Source of the DNA: a bacterium HR11
GTDB taxonomy: Bacteria; Acidobacteriota; HRBIN11
Length of the DNA stretch: 64,000 bases
NCBI GenBank assembly: GCA_002898535.1
Contig: BEHN01000001.1
Span: forward strand, 261,564 to 325,563
Reading direction: 5' to 3'
Under the pieces are notes generated by a model, which did not search any database, had not been told where the DNA came from, and worked only from the letters and a program-made list of their open reading frames with translations. Positions 39,991-50,142 of the stretch are shown piece by piece; within the stretch, counting starts at the first letter, position 1; the number at the start of each line of letters is the position of its first letter. Both the position numbers and the translations under genes were made by a program.

Positions 39991-40659
39991 TTACAACAAG
40001 GAGCGCTGACCCGGGTTCCCCATGGAAATAGCCGCCTCGGCGCCGACGTGTTCCGGACAATCGACGCGCAGTGTCGTCGGCCCCAAGGGTCGGTCCAGCA
40101 GGGCACAGTGGTGGGGCGTCGGCGTGCCGGGGTGGACATCCTGTCGAAAGAACCGACAGGTGAGGCACATCCGGGCGACCGTGATGACGCCGGCCCGCTG
40201 GAGTTCGACGATAAGCCGCATCAGGAAATTCAAGACGGACGTCTTCTCGTCCAGTCCTGCAAAGCTCAGGGAGTCCCGGACAGTGTTGGCCCACGCCGCC
40301 AGGCGACGGGCCAGCCGGCGGCCGTCAGGCGTCAGGTCCAGGACGGACGACCGGCGGTCCGAGATGTCGGGCCGGCGACGGACTAAACCTTTGGATTCCA
40401 AAGCCGTCACGGCGTCACTGACGGTCGCCTTGGTCAGCCGGAAGGCCTGGGCCAAGCCGCTCACGCGGCGGTGCGCCTCGGGTTGATACAACAAGTAACA
40501 CAGGAACTGGACCTGGATAGGACTCAAGCCGTGGGTCTGGCCGACCCGCCAGAGAAGGACCCGGAAGGCCTGGGCCAGACGCTCGAGGGCGGCGACGAGC
40601 TTGCTGTCGACGTCGTCGTGCTGGAAGGTGAGGTCCCATACCGGGGGACGTTGGGTCAT
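39991..40659 (-). CDS. MarR-family regulator with C-terminal Cys/His-rich domain
   Basis: GLSPIQ...TKATVSDAV..LESKGLV...DRRS wHTH; MCLTCRFF...HHCALL...DCPEH. Confidence 0.85.
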   Translation of the reverse strand: MTQRPPVWDLTFQHDDVDSKLVAALERLAQAFRVLLWRVGQTHGLSPIQVQFLCYLLYQPEAHRRVSGLAQAFRLTKATVSDAVTALESKGLVRRRPDISDRRSSVLDLTPDGRRLARRLAAWANTVRDSLSFAGLDEKTSVLNFLMRLIVELQRAGVITVARMCLTCRFFRQDVHPGTPTPHHCALLDRPLGPTTLRVDCPEHVGAEAAISMGNPGQRSLL

Positions 40660-40844
40660 GGGGACTTTCTCCGCACCGTCCGCAAGATAAGTCGTCGGGC
40701 CGGGTCCGTCAAGCGGCTGGAGCTGGTAGGGGTGGGGGAGGGCCGTCTCATCAGGTCCGGGACGGCCCTTGGGAAGAGGCGAATCGGCTCGACGGATTTC
40801 CGGCCCTCGCTTGCGGGCCCTCCTCCTGGCTTCCTTCGGGATTC

Positions 40845-40888
40845 TTGACAGGGGAGACGGCTTCGGATAAAATGATTAGGAATCCTAA
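40845..40888 (+). promoter_or_regulatory. Sigma70 promoter with adjacent palindromic operator
   Basis: TTGACA(40845)-N17-TAAAAT(40868), then TTAGGA-A-TCCTAA (40876-40888). Confidence 0.72.
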
Positions 40889-40903
40889 CTAAAAGGAGGT
40901 CCG

Positions 40904-41398
40904 ATGATGCGAGGCTCACGTCTCCTGACCCTCCTCGGCGGGACCCTCTTGGCCCTCTCGACCCTCCCCCTCCGACCGACCCCCGCCGCCGACCCCGTCC
41001 CCTACCCGAAGGGCTACCGCCAGTGGACTCACATCAAATCCATGGTCATCCAGCCGGGCCACCCCCTCTTTGAGGCCTTCGGCGGGATCCACCATATCTA
41101 CGCCAATCCCAAAGCCCTCACGGCTTACCAAAAGGGCGCCCCCTTCCCCGACGGAAGCGTCATCGTCTTCGACCTCCTCGAAGCCAAGGCCGAAGACGGC
41201 GCTCTCGTCGAAGGTGCCCGCAAGGTCGTCGGCGTGATGGTCAAGGACCGCCGCCGCTACGCCTCGACGGGCGGCTGGGGATTCGAAGGCTTCAAGGGTG
41301 ACACGCAAGAACGGGTCGTCCAGGACATGAATCAGTGCTTCGGCTGTCACATGTCGGCGAAGGACACGGATTACGTCTTCAGCCGGTACCGTCCGTAA
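40904..41398 (+). CDS. Cytochrome P460-family protein, probably cytochrome c'-beta
   Basis: Signal peptide, YPKGYRQW, HHIYAN, FPDGSVIVFD, TGGWGF, C-terminal CFGCH. Confidence 0.85.
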   Translation: MMRGSRLLTLLGGTLLALSTLPLRPTPAADPVPYPKGYRQWTHIKSMVIQPGHPLFEAFGGIHHIYANPKALTAYQKGAPFPDGSVIVFDLLEAKAEDGALVEGARKVVGVMVKDRRRYASTGGWGFEGFKGDTQERVVQDMNQCFGCHMSAKDTDYVFSRYRP

Positions 41399-41458
41399 AA
41401 CTCCCGAGCGATGTCGGCCCCCGGGTCGTCCCCCTATCCCGGGGGCCCCTTTATTAAA

Positions 41459-41570
41459 CTCATAAATCCGACCATAGACCACAGACCATAGACCTGCTTA
41501 GGCCCAGGTGGGCCTATGGTCCATGGTCTGGGGTCGGATGTCGAGGGTCCGATCCCGGTCTTATCGGATT
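41459..41570. mobile_element. Shell-Y element with heptamer cargo
   Basis: CTCATAAATCCGACCATAGACC...TCGGATT; TTATTAAACT at 41451 and 41572. Confidence 0.68.
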
Positions 41571-41722
41571 CTTATTAAACTACGGCCTGCCGTCCTGTCG
41601 TCACGCCGTTACGAACCCTGAAAATCGTGCTTCCTAAAGGTCGCCGATCCAGCCCGCATGTCGCTTCCATCGAATGAAACCTACTGTCAATAAAGAGTCG
41701 GACGGGACCTGCGCTCCTCACG

Positions 41723-43567
41723 TCATCCCGGCGAAGGCCCCAAACGATGGAGGCCGGAAGCCCGTTCGAGGTCTATCAGTTCCCGGGTCAGCTCGTAGAC
41801 CTGGCGGGCCACGTCGGGGTCGAGCCGTTCCCGCCGGCGGGCCAACTCATTCCGCAAGCGCCGGAAATAAACGATGTGGAGGAGCTCGACGGCCTCGGTG
41901 AAGACCCGTTCGTCCCACGGAGTCTCATCCCGGAGCAAGTCGTGCACCCAAAGGCTTTCCGGTGGTTCGGAGAACACCTCCAGCAGGAGGGGCCAGTCCA
42001 CGGTCCGGCCGGCGTACCAGGCGTCGTAGAGGAACCGCAGGAGGCGGTGACTCCGGGCGACCTCCAAGATGGCCTCCCCGACGCGAGTCATCAGCCGCTC
42101 GAAGAGGTCGGGCCGCTCTATAAGGGCCCGGAGAATCCATTTTTCATAGGACGGCAGGGACGTTCTCTCGAGCGTCAGAGCCGGTGGGGGCGAGCCGGGA
42201 CCCGGGGCCTGGGACTCGGCACCCGATTTCCGGCGGAGCCAGCGGAGGAAGTCGGCATATAACTGGGCAGGCGGTTCGAGGCCCAGGCGGCGGGCGATCT
42301 GGAGAGCGGCGTAGTAGCGGCTCGACTGATGGGGAACCCGGGTCAGGAGTTGGAAGAGGGCCTGAAGGGCCTGGCGGTTCTGTACGATGGCGGCGGCCGA
42401 CCGTTCCCAGCGGGCGTCGTCCTGCCGCAAGGTCGGCCATTCATCGGGACTCACGCCGGCATGGCGGGTCATCAGGTAGAACAAGGCGAAGTCCCACCCG
42501 TCCATCGCTTCGGCGAAGGCCCGTCCGAGGGCTGGGGTGCCGGCTCGTTGGAGGACTTCGGCGGGGTCCTTCCCTTCGGTCCACCGCAGAAATGACGGCG
42601 CAAAGCCGCCGCCGACGAGTTCGTGGAGGGCCTCCCAGGCGGCCTTTTGGCCCGACTCGTCGGCATCGAAGCCAACCCACACGCGGTCGGCATGCCGTTG
42701 GATCCATCGGACGTGGTCGGCCGTCAGGGCCGTCCCCATCAGGGCGACCGTATGGGGCCAGCCGTGGAGGGCCATGAGTACGGCGTCAAAGTAACCCTCC
42801 ACCAGGACGACGGCCCGCCGCTGGCGGACCGCCGGGGCGGCCCATCCGAGACCAAACAGGGTCTGGGATTTCCGAAAAACGGGCGTCTCGGGGCTATTTA
42901 GATACTTAGGGACGCCTTCTTCCAGGGCCCGGCCCGCCAAGGCCACGACTCGCCCGGCCGGGTCGTGAATCGGGAACACGATACGGTTTCGTAAGAGGTC
43001 GAACCACCGGCCGTCTCGCTCGATAAAGAGTCCGCACTGGGCGATGACCCATGTCGGGACGTCGGCCTGCCTGAAGTGGTCATACAGGGCTTGGCCATCC
43101 GGCGGTGCGTAGCCGAGGCCATAGGCCTCCCAGGCCGTCTCGGGGACGCCCCGACCCTCGAGATAGGCCCGGGCCTCGGCGGCCGCCTCCGTATAAAGGG
43201 CCTGCCGGTAAAATCGGTGCGCCCGGTCCAGGGCCTGAATGAGGGCGGCGACCTGGCGGTCCCGGTCGGTCGTCGGCTCACCGGGTGGCGGCGGGAGCTT
43301 CCAACGTTCTTGAAGCAGACGCAGGACGCCCGGAAAGTCCAGATTCTCGGCCGTCTGGAGAAATCGAAAGACGTCCCCGCCCCGGTGGCATCCGAAGCAG
43401 AAGAAGCTGTTCGTCTCGGGAAATACGTAGAAACTCGGCGTCCGTTCCGGATGAAGGGGACAGAGGCCCACCCACCGACGACCCACGCGCCGGAGTTTCG
43501 TGTAAGCGCTGAAGACCTCGATGGGGTCGATGTGCTCACAAAGCCACGTCAGCCATGGACTGGCCAT
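41723..43567 (-). CDS. dnaG: DNA primase
   Basis: CPLHPERTPSF...CFGC zinc finger, KYLNSPET, VEGYFD, FDADESG TOPRIM; exact start uncertain (43567-43615). Confidence 0.93.
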   Translation of the reverse strand: MASPWLTWLCEHIDPIEVFSAYTKLRRVGRRWVGLCPLHPERTPSFYVFPETNSFFCFGCHRGGDVFRFLQTAENLDFPGVLRLLQERWKLPPPPGEPTTDRDRQVAALIQALDRAHRFYRQALYTEAAAEARAYLEGRGVPETAWEAYGLGYAPPDGQALYDHFRQADVPTWVIAQCGLFIERDGRWFDLLRNRIVFPIHDPAGRVVALAGRALEEGVPKYLNSPETPVFRKSQTLFGLGWAAPAVRQRRAVVLVEGYFDAVLMALHGWPHTVALMGTALTADHVRWIQRHADRVWVGFDADESGQKAAWEALHELVGGGFAPSFLRWTEGKDPAEVLQRAGTPALGRAFAEAMDGWDFALFYLMTRHAGVSPDEWPTLRQDDARWERSAAAIVQNRQALQALFQLLTRVPHQSSRYYAALQIARRLGLEPPAQLYADFLRWLRRKSGAESQAPGPGSPPPALTLERTSLPSYEKWILRALIERPDLFERLMTRVGEAILEVARSHRLLRFLYDAWYAGRTVDWPLLLEVFSEPPESLWVHDLLRDETPWDERVFTEAVELLHIVYFRRLRNELARRRERLDPDVARQVYELTRELIDLERASGLHRLGPSPG

Positions 43568-43933
43568 AGACCCGCCGTCCAAAGATGATGCATCGCGAGG
43601 GGCGGACATCGCCATTCGCTATCCATGCTATGGCAGGACCGCGCCGGCGTCAAAGGGGCGATGCCCCTTAGATTGCGAATTCCGAATTGCGGATTGGGGA
43701 GTCCTGGTCGGGTAGGAGGGGATCCCTTCGGGACCCCGAGAGTCGTCCCGACGTCTATCTTGTCGGGCGCCGCCGGTAACGGCGGCGTCGAAAACTCGGA
43801 ACGCCGGCTGTCATACGGACGGCCTCTCCGCTGTCGGCTTTAAGGTACCGCATTCGCAATCTGAGGATGGATTTGCCTTTTCACGTCTTCCGACCCAAAA
43901 TAGAAAAGATGCATCCCGATGAGGAGGCTTTCT

Positions 43934-44239
43934 ATGACGGCCCAGCAGAGCGGCGGGCCGGGTGTGCCCGGAGGGCGCCCGCCTCAAATGCGGCCCAAGC
44001 CGGCCCCGCGCCCGGGAGGCGGATATCCAGCCATCGGTGGTCCCCAGTTCGGCTTTAATAGCTTGGTGCGGCAGGCGATCGAGACCCGGAAGGCTGTCAT
44101 CCTGGAGCTCATGACGGGGGAGACCCTTCAAGTCACCCTGCTTCGGGAAGACCAGTTTACGCTGACGGTCCTCCTGAAGGACGAGATCCGCATCGTTTAC
44201 AAACATGGCATCAAGCAGTTGATCTTTACCAAAGAATGA
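43934..44239 (+). CDS. hfq: Divergent Hfq/Sm-like RNA chaperone with Gly/Pro-rich N-terminal extension
   Basis: LMTGETLQVTLLREDQFTL (Sm1-like) and IVYKHGI (Sm2 YKH); GAGGAGG RBS. Confidence 0.72.
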   Translation: MTAQQSGGPGVPGGRPPQMRPKPAPRPGGGYPAIGGPQFGFNSLVRQAIETRKAVILELMTGETLQVTLLREDQFTLTVLLKDEIRIVYKHGIKQLIFTKE

Positions 44240-44261
44240 GGCCAGGTGGGGGCTTGGGGGC

Positions 44262-45266
44262 TCAATCCAACGCTCGATAAAATCCCCACGTAGCGTCCCA
44301 AAGCGGTTTCCAGGCCCACCCTGCGCGCCCGAGGGGGGCGTCCGTCTCGACGTGCGTCAGGACGGGGACTTCCACGAAGCGGACAGTCGGCGACTGCCAG
44401 GCCTGGGCCAGACGTCGAGACTCTTCGATAGGAATGGCGGGGTCGGCTGGACTGTGCAGGATCCACGTCGGTACGTTCCAGGGGCGGATGACATGGGCCA
44501 TCGGGGAGAGTTCCCGAAGCACGGCCTGAAAGTCTGGTGGGGCCTGCCGGCACCAAGCATCGACCTCTTCGACCGACTGACAGGCTAAGAGGCGTTCGAC
44601 TTGACGTCGGATCGTCTCCTCCGACCATCCGTGAGTCCGGCCCCATCCTTCTAAAGCTTGGCGGACGGCCGACCGGACACGGGCCGTGTCCCATCCGTAC
44701 AAGCGCTCACCGATGAGCCCGACGGCCATCAGGCGGCAGGCATCGGCGTAGGCCCCGACGGTCGCCACGGCCCGCAGGCGGGGCCATGAAGGTTCGGACC
44801 CAAGAGCCCGCAAGGCCGGACCGGCGCCGACACTGATGCCGACCAAGGCCCACGCCGGACATCGACCCTCTACTTCCTGAAACAGCCGTTTCATTTGAGG
44901 GACGACCTGGGGGTCGAATCGAAATTCAGCCAAAGCGGGGACGTGAGGCACGTAGGCGTCCAATCCGCTCCAGGCCAGGGCCCGAGCGAAGTCCTTCAGG
45001 CGGGGGTCATCCTTCCCGTCCGGCGTAAGACCGTGGATGACGACGATACAGGGCCGGCCCGGCGTCGCCATGTGGGAAAACCAGTGGTCCACGGCCCATC
45101 CGCCGGCCATCGAGAGGGTCTCCACGCCGACAGGGAGCGGGGCCGACGCCGGAGACCGCAGGCCCCCCATCAGGGCCAAGGCCGGTAGGACCGTCCGCAT
45201 CCCCCAGAGGACCAGGCCATAAGCGACGATCCCGAGTCCGATCCAAGCGACCCGACGATACGCCAT
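44262..45266 (-). CDS. Alpha/beta hydrolase with N-terminal membrane anchor
   Basis: VIHG, GISVG nucleophile elbow, HSPADPAIP, late His. Confidence 0.75.
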   Translation of the reverse strand: MAYRRVAWIGLGIVAYGLVLWGMRTVLPALALMGGLRSPASAPLPVGVETLSMAGGWAVDHWFSHMATPGRPCIVVIHGLTPDGKDDPRLKDFARALAWSGLDAYVPHVPALAEFRFDPQVVPQMKRLFQEVEGRCPAWALVGISVGAGPALRALGSEPSWPRLRAVATVGAYADACRLMAVGLIGERLYGWDTARVRSAVRQALEGWGRTHGWSEETIRRQVERLLACQSVEEVDAWCRQAPPDFQAVLRELSPMAHVIRPWNVPTWILHSPADPAIPIEESRRLAQAWQSPTVRFVEVPVLTHVETDAPLGRAGWAWKPLWDATWGFYRALD

Positions 45267-45405
45267 CGGCCCGTCCCCGAGTCGTCAGGGTTCGGTGTTG
45301 AGTCTCGCCATTCTGGGTATCGCCCTTGCGTCTGGGGAAGCTTATACTACAATGGACACTCGGCCGCTTCCAAGGCCCCTGTCGGGAAGGACGGGCCGAG
45401 ACCGG

Positions 45406-45984
45406 ATGGAGACGATGCTCAAAAAGGACACTTTGGTGGACCTGTTTGAGAATCCTTACTTCCAAGAGGTGCTGGATCAGGCCCTGCGTCAGATCGTCGC
45501 CTTGCGGTCGGACCGACGACCCTTTCAGCTCCTTATCGAATTTCTTCAGTCGGCCAACATCGACTTCGACTGGGAGCAATTTCAAGCCCTGGCCCAACGG
45601 AATGCCCGCTGGTATTTGGTCAACTCAGAGCCCTTTCTGAAGGAGCTGGCGGCGACCCTCGAGGAAATGCAGGGTTGCAAGAACTCCTGGACTTCTATGA
45701 ACTGCGCGGTCGTGCTGTCCGGCGGGACACCCAAACTGGAAGTGTCTGCTCGCTCCGGCTTGCGGGAAATATTCACGATGCGGGATAACTTTGACAACTG
45801 GCTCCGCTTCGTCAACAACATCTTGGAGACGATGGCCAGCACCCTGAATCAGCAGGTATGGATGCCGTCCGAGGCCGAGCAACTCGTCACCTGGGACGAA
45901 CTCCTGAATCAGACCGAGCAATGGCTGGAGGCCATCAAGAGCGCTCTCCAGCAGTGGCACAACCGATACAACAGCAAGCAGTAA
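45406..45984 (+). CDS. Hypothetical protein
   Basis: Protein-like composition, no recognised motif; start uncertain. Confidence 0.6.
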   Translation: METMLKKDTLVDLFENPYFQEVLDQALRQIVALRSDRRPFQLLIEFLQSANIDFDWEQFQALAQRNARWYLVNSEPFLKELAATLEEMQGCKNSWTSMNCAVVLSGGTPKLEVSARSGLREIFTMRDNFDNWLRFVNNILETMASTLNQQVWMPSEAEQLVTWDELLNQTEQWLEAIKSALQQWHNRYNSKQ

Positions 45985-46145
45985 GGTAAGGCATCGGGTC
46001 AGGTGCCGAAGGACGGAGGGCCTCATCGATCATGGGGCGGATGGCGAGTAGCGGGGCGACCACGTACTATCCCCACTTGCTACTCGCTATGGGCCATTCT
46101 CTCCCGCACGTCATGGCTCCCGATCCATGAACTGCTCCATCGCTT

Positions 46146-47165
46146 TCACTCCGGAAACGTCTCCAGGGGGGCCATCCGCAGTCGCAAGGAGGGGACTGGG
46201 GCGTTAGGTATTAACCGGTCAGACCGGACGGCCGACTGCAGGGCGGGCCATGTCGTCTGAAGACGTCGGAAGAGAGCCTCGGCGGCGACCCGGTGAGCGA
46301 TCTCGCTGGGATGGGGATCCAGGGCCGGGACGGCTTGCAGGCGTCGGGTGTCCATCCCCCAGAAAACCTGAAGTAAGTCCAACCACGGGAGGCCCTCCGC
46401 CTGGAGGAGCCGGTGGACTTGCTGGTGGATGTCTTGAAACGGATAGCCCCCGTCCATCGGAAAGCCCACGTGAGGCCAGATCACGAACAAACAGGGCACG
46501 CCGTGACGCCGACACTCCTGCCCGACCTCGGCGACGACCCGCCGGTGCCGTTGCCACGGCCGTCCCTGCGGATCGTAGAGGCCCCGAATGTAGTGCTCCT
46601 GAGCCCGACGGAACCGGCGAGCCCACCGCTGATAGTCGATCCAGTAAACCAGTCGAGAGGACCGGCGCAGTCGCTGGACCCAGGCCGGCGTGGCCGCCAG
46701 ACTCTGCTGGAGACGTAAGATCTCCGCCGGGATCGGCCCCGTGTCGGGGTCGTTGATAAAGTACCCGAAGATCACGAGGTCCGGTCGATAGCCCCAAGCG
46801 GCCCGAAGCTGGCCGAGTTCGTCCTCGGTCGAAGCCCCACTGACGGCCCAGTTTAGGACCTCATAGGTCTCCTGACCTGTCGCCGTGTTCAGGAACCACT
46901 CTAAGAGCTTCGGATAGGTCTGCGGGGGCTGCACGTTGGCGCCCCAGGTGTAGGAGTCGCCGAGGACCAAGACCCGGATGACCCCTCGGGGTTTCTCGGG
47001 GGCGTACACGCGATCCCGGTAGGGTCGTTGGGGGTCTTCGACGACGACAAAGGCCGGCCGGTCCCATACCCGGGAGGGCGGTGTCCAAAGCCACCGGAGT
47101 CCGGTCTCGGCGACAGCCAGGACGACGATCAGGCTGTACGCTGTCCCTCGAATCCAACGTCCCAC
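46146..47165 (-). CDS. SGNH/GDSL hydrolase
   Basis: LGDSYTWG, NWAVSG, IND, DPHPS blocks; N-terminal TM helix. Confidence 0.85.
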   Translation of the reverse strand: MGRWIRGTAYSLIVVLAVAETGLRWLWTPPSRVWDRPAFVVVEDPQRPYRDRVYAPEKPRGVIRVLVLGDSYTWGANVQPPQTYPKLLEWFLNTATGQETYEVLNWAVSGASTEDELGQLRAAWGYRPDLVIFGYFINDPDTGPIPAEILRLQQSLAATPAWVQRLRRSSRLVYWIDYQRWARRFRRAQEHYIRGLYDPQGRPWQRHRRVVAEVGQECRRHGVPCLFVIWPHVGFPMDGGYPFQDIHQQVHRLLQAEGLPWLDLLQVFWGMDTRRLQAVPALDPHPSEIAHRVAAEALFRRLQTTWPALQSAVRSDRLIPNAPVPSLRLRMAPLETFPE

Positions 47166-47321
47166 GGGGTACCTCGGAAATTCGGCAGTTCGGCAATCCG
47201 GCAGACGGGGGCCACGGAAGAAGGAGCGGAAGATAAGTTTTGTCAGGGCTTCGGTCTTGTGCCTGCTATGCTTATCTGCCGAATTCCGAACGGCCGAACT
47301 CCCAAGCTCCCGAATTCCCGT

Positions 47322-49877
47322 TCACACGAGCTCATAGGGGTCGACCTGCACCCGCAGGAAGTCCCGCCGGAAGGGAAGCCGCCCCAGGACGTCCCGGAGC
47401 GCCTGCCGTACGGCCCGCCGGTCCGTCGTCCGGATGAGGACGTGGTACCGGTACTTCCCCTGAAGCCGCCACAGGAGCGGCTGGACCGGTCCGTGGACCT
47501 GCGTCTGGGGGATCGACCGTTCCGTCAGGAGCTCCGTCAGCGTCTGCGCATACTGTCGGGCCAGGGCGTGCTCGGGATGGACGACCGTCAGCAGGACGAT
47601 GCTCGTGAAGGGCGGATACTGAAACCGCTGACGGTACGCCAGCTCCTCCCGGAAAAAGCCCTCGTAGTCGTGCTGACACGCATACCGGATAGCGTAGTGC
47701 TCGGGCCGGTACGTCTGGATGATGGCCCGGCCCGGTCGGTCCGCCCGGCCCGAACGACCGACGACCTGCGTGATGAGCTGAAACAGACGTTCGTGGGACC
47801 GAAAGTCCGGCAGGCCCGTGCTCGTGTCGGCCTCCAAGACGCCGACCAGCGTGACCCGCGGGAAGTGATGCCCCTTGGCGACCATTTGGGTCCCGACGAG
47901 GACCTGAACCCGGCCCTCGTAAAAGTCGCCCAGCAGTCGAAACAGCTCCCGGGGCCGGCTCAGCGTGTCCCGGTCGAGGACGCCGACCCGCACGTCGGGG
48001 AACTCTCGTTCGAGGAGGGCCTGGACCCGTTCGGTCCCGATGCCCGTGGCGATGAGGTACGGACGCTCGCAGACGGGACATCGCTTCGGGACCGGCTCCG
48101 TCGCATCGCAGTAGTGGCATCGCAGGACGCCGGCCTTCTTGTGCAAGACCATGTGGATGCTACACTGCGAGCATGTCAGGACGTGGCCGCAGGCCCGGCA
48201 CTGCACGAAGGGCGCATAGCCCCGACGGTTGATCAGGACGATGGCCGTCTCCCCCCGGTCCAGCGTCTCCCGAAGCGACGTCATCAGGAGGGGAGAGAAA
48301 AAGGGGTGACTCCCCCGAGCATAGGCGTCTCGCATGTCGACCAGGACGACCTCGGGCAGGACGGCCCCCGGGACGGCCCGCTGGGTCAACCGATACAGGC
48401 CGTACGTGCCCTGCCGGGCATGGGCATAGGTCTCGACCGACGGCGTGGCCGTCACGAGGAGCGCCACGGCGTTTTCGAATCGAGCCCGGGCGAGGGCCAC
48501 CTCCCGGGCGTTGTAAACCGGAAGCTCGTCTTGGCGGTACGACCCGTCCTGCTCCTCGTCGACGACGAGGACGCCGACGTCCTCCAGGGGCGCGAAGATG
48601 GCCGACCGGGCGCCCAAGACGATGCGGGCCTCGCCCGTCCGGATCCGCCACCACTCGCTCGTCCGCTGGGCCGGCGTCATCTCGCTGTGGAGAACGGCCA
48701 GGAGGTCACCAAACTGACGACGGAACCGCTGGGTCACGGCCGGAATCAGGGCAATTTCGGGCATTAGGACGAGGGCCGTCTTGCCCCGCCGGACGGCCGC
48801 CTCGATGAGGCGTAGGTAGACCTCTGTCTTGCCGCTCCCGGTCACGCCGTACAGGACGCCGGCGTGGAAAGTCCCGGCCTCGACGTACTTCTGAAGGGAC
48901 TCCAGGACGGCCCGTTGTTCGTCGTTGAGGACGACAGGGGCCTCGCTACCGACGGGGGCGTCCCAGACGATAGGACGGGGATGATATTGCACGTAAACCT
49001 GAATCCATCCCCGGGCGACCATCCGGCGGAGCCGGTCCCGAAGTCGCCGCTGGGCTACCTGGGGGTCAGCCCCGGAGGATTCGGCGTCCCGGACCTGCTC
49101 GGCCAGCTCCTCCAGCAGGACGTCCCGACCCGCCTGCGTCAAGTACGTCAAGATGTCCCGATAGGCTCCCGGCACCCGCTCGCCGTCCGCCGGCGGCCGC
49201 ACGAGATGGACGACCGTCGTCTTGGGGACCTTCGCCCGCTGATGGAGACGTTCCCGGACCTCGACCCAGCCCCGGGCCCGCAGGTACTGGACGGCCGCAT
49301 GGAGGCTCCTCGACCCGACGGCCCGCCGGACCTTCGGGAGCGTCGCCTTCCGAGCTTCGGCCACGTACAGAAGCACGCGCGCCCACAGGGGCAGACGCCT
49401 CTGCCGAGCGCCGGCGGCCCACTCGGCGGCGGCCTGCAGGCCCGCCGGCGTGATGCGGACCTCGGCCCGGTGGAGAGCGTGGAGGCCCGGCGGGATGGCC
49501 AGGTGGAGGTAAGCCCCTAAGGGCTGAAGGTAGTAGTCGGCCGCCCATCGGAGGAGGCGGACCAGCGTCGGCGGACACAGGGGCTGCGGGTCCAGGACGA
49601 GGTCGACGGGCTTGTACCGGACCCCCGGCCGGTCCAAGGGGGTCGCCTGGGGATCGACGACGTAGCCCGTCACCCGCCGGTTCCGCAGGGGCACGACGAC
49701 CCGCAGGCCGACCTGGGGCTCGACGCCCGCCGCCTCGGGCCACAAGTACGTCAGGTTCTCATACGGAAACTGCCGGGTCCAGACCTGCACGAGGCGGCCC
49801 GGGACCGTCGTCGGCCTCGGCTCCGCCTCGGCCGCCGGGACCCACAGCGCCGTGTCCGTCGTCTTTGGATTCGCCAT
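47322..49877 (-). CDS. priA: Primosomal protein N'
   Basis: GVTGSGKTEVY, DEEQD, TATPS, four CxxC pairs, GTQMVAKG, QVVGRSGR. Confidence 0.95.
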   Translation of the reverse strand: MANPKTTDTALWVPAAEAEPRPTTVPGRLVQVWTRQFPYENLTYLWPEAAGVEPQVGLRVVVPLRNRRVTGYVVDPQATPLDRPGVRYKPVDLVLDPQPLCPPTLVRLLRWAADYYLQPLGAYLHLAIPPGLHALHRAEVRITPAGLQAAAEWAAGARQRRLPLWARVLLYVAEARKATLPKVRRAVGSRSLHAAVQYLRARGWVEVRERLHQRAKVPKTTVVHLVRPPADGERVPGAYRDILTYLTQAGRDVLLEELAEQVRDAESSGADPQVAQRRLRDRLRRMVARGWIQVYVQYHPRPIVWDAPVGSEAPVVLNDEQRAVLESLQKYVEAGTFHAGVLYGVTGSGKTEVYLRLIEAAVRRGKTALVLMPEIALIPAVTQRFRRQFGDLLAVLHSEMTPAQRTSEWWRIRTGEARIVLGARSAIFAPLEDVGVLVVDEEQDGSYRQDELPVYNAREVALARARFENAVALLVTATPSVETYAHARQGTYGLYRLTQRAVPGAVLPEVVLVDMRDAYARGSHPFFSPLLMTSLRETLDRGETAIVLINRRGYAPFVQCRACGHVLTCSQCSIHMVLHKKAGVLRCHYCDATEPVPKRCPVCERPYLIATGIGTERVQALLEREFPDVRVGVLDRDTLSRPRELFRLLGDFYEGRVQVLVGTQMVAKGHHFPRVTLVGVLEADTSTGLPDFRSHERLFQLITQVVGRSGRADRPGRAIIQTYRPEHYAIRYACQHDYEGFFREELAYRQRFQYPPFTSIVLLTVVHPEHALARQYAQTLTELLTERSIPQTQVHGPVQPLLWRLQGKYRYHVLIRTTDRRAVRQALRDVLGRLPFRRDFLRVQVDPYELV

Positions 49878-49908
49878 CCGAACCTTCCGCTCACCCCGTC
49901 CGATCAAG

Positions 49909-50090
49909 TTAGCACAGCCGTTCGGTTCGTGAGAATGGCGTCAGAACAATCTTTTCCATCCCCCGGAAAGCGCGATGTTTCAAGCATTCGGCAGGTGGGC
50001 AGTCGGCAGGTTGGCAGGTGGGCAGTCGGCAGATAGGCAGGTTGGCAGATGGGCAGTCGGCAGGTCGGCCGAGAGTCCCAAAAAGCCCTG
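49909..50090. mobile_element. Truncated shell-X element with long GGCAGRTR run
   Basis: TTAG-CACAGCCGTTCGGTTCGTGAGAATGGCGTCAG...TTTCAAGCA then about 10 GGCAG-type 8-mers. Confidence 0.7.
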
Positions 50091-50142
50091 CCATCCGGGG
50101 CTCTATCAGCCCAAGGCCGTGGATCGTCACTTCGTTACTTCG

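Noticed and set aside
49988..50070. Regular repeat run resembling an array
   Set aside because: Units are 8 nt with no unique spacers and no cas genes; not CRISPR
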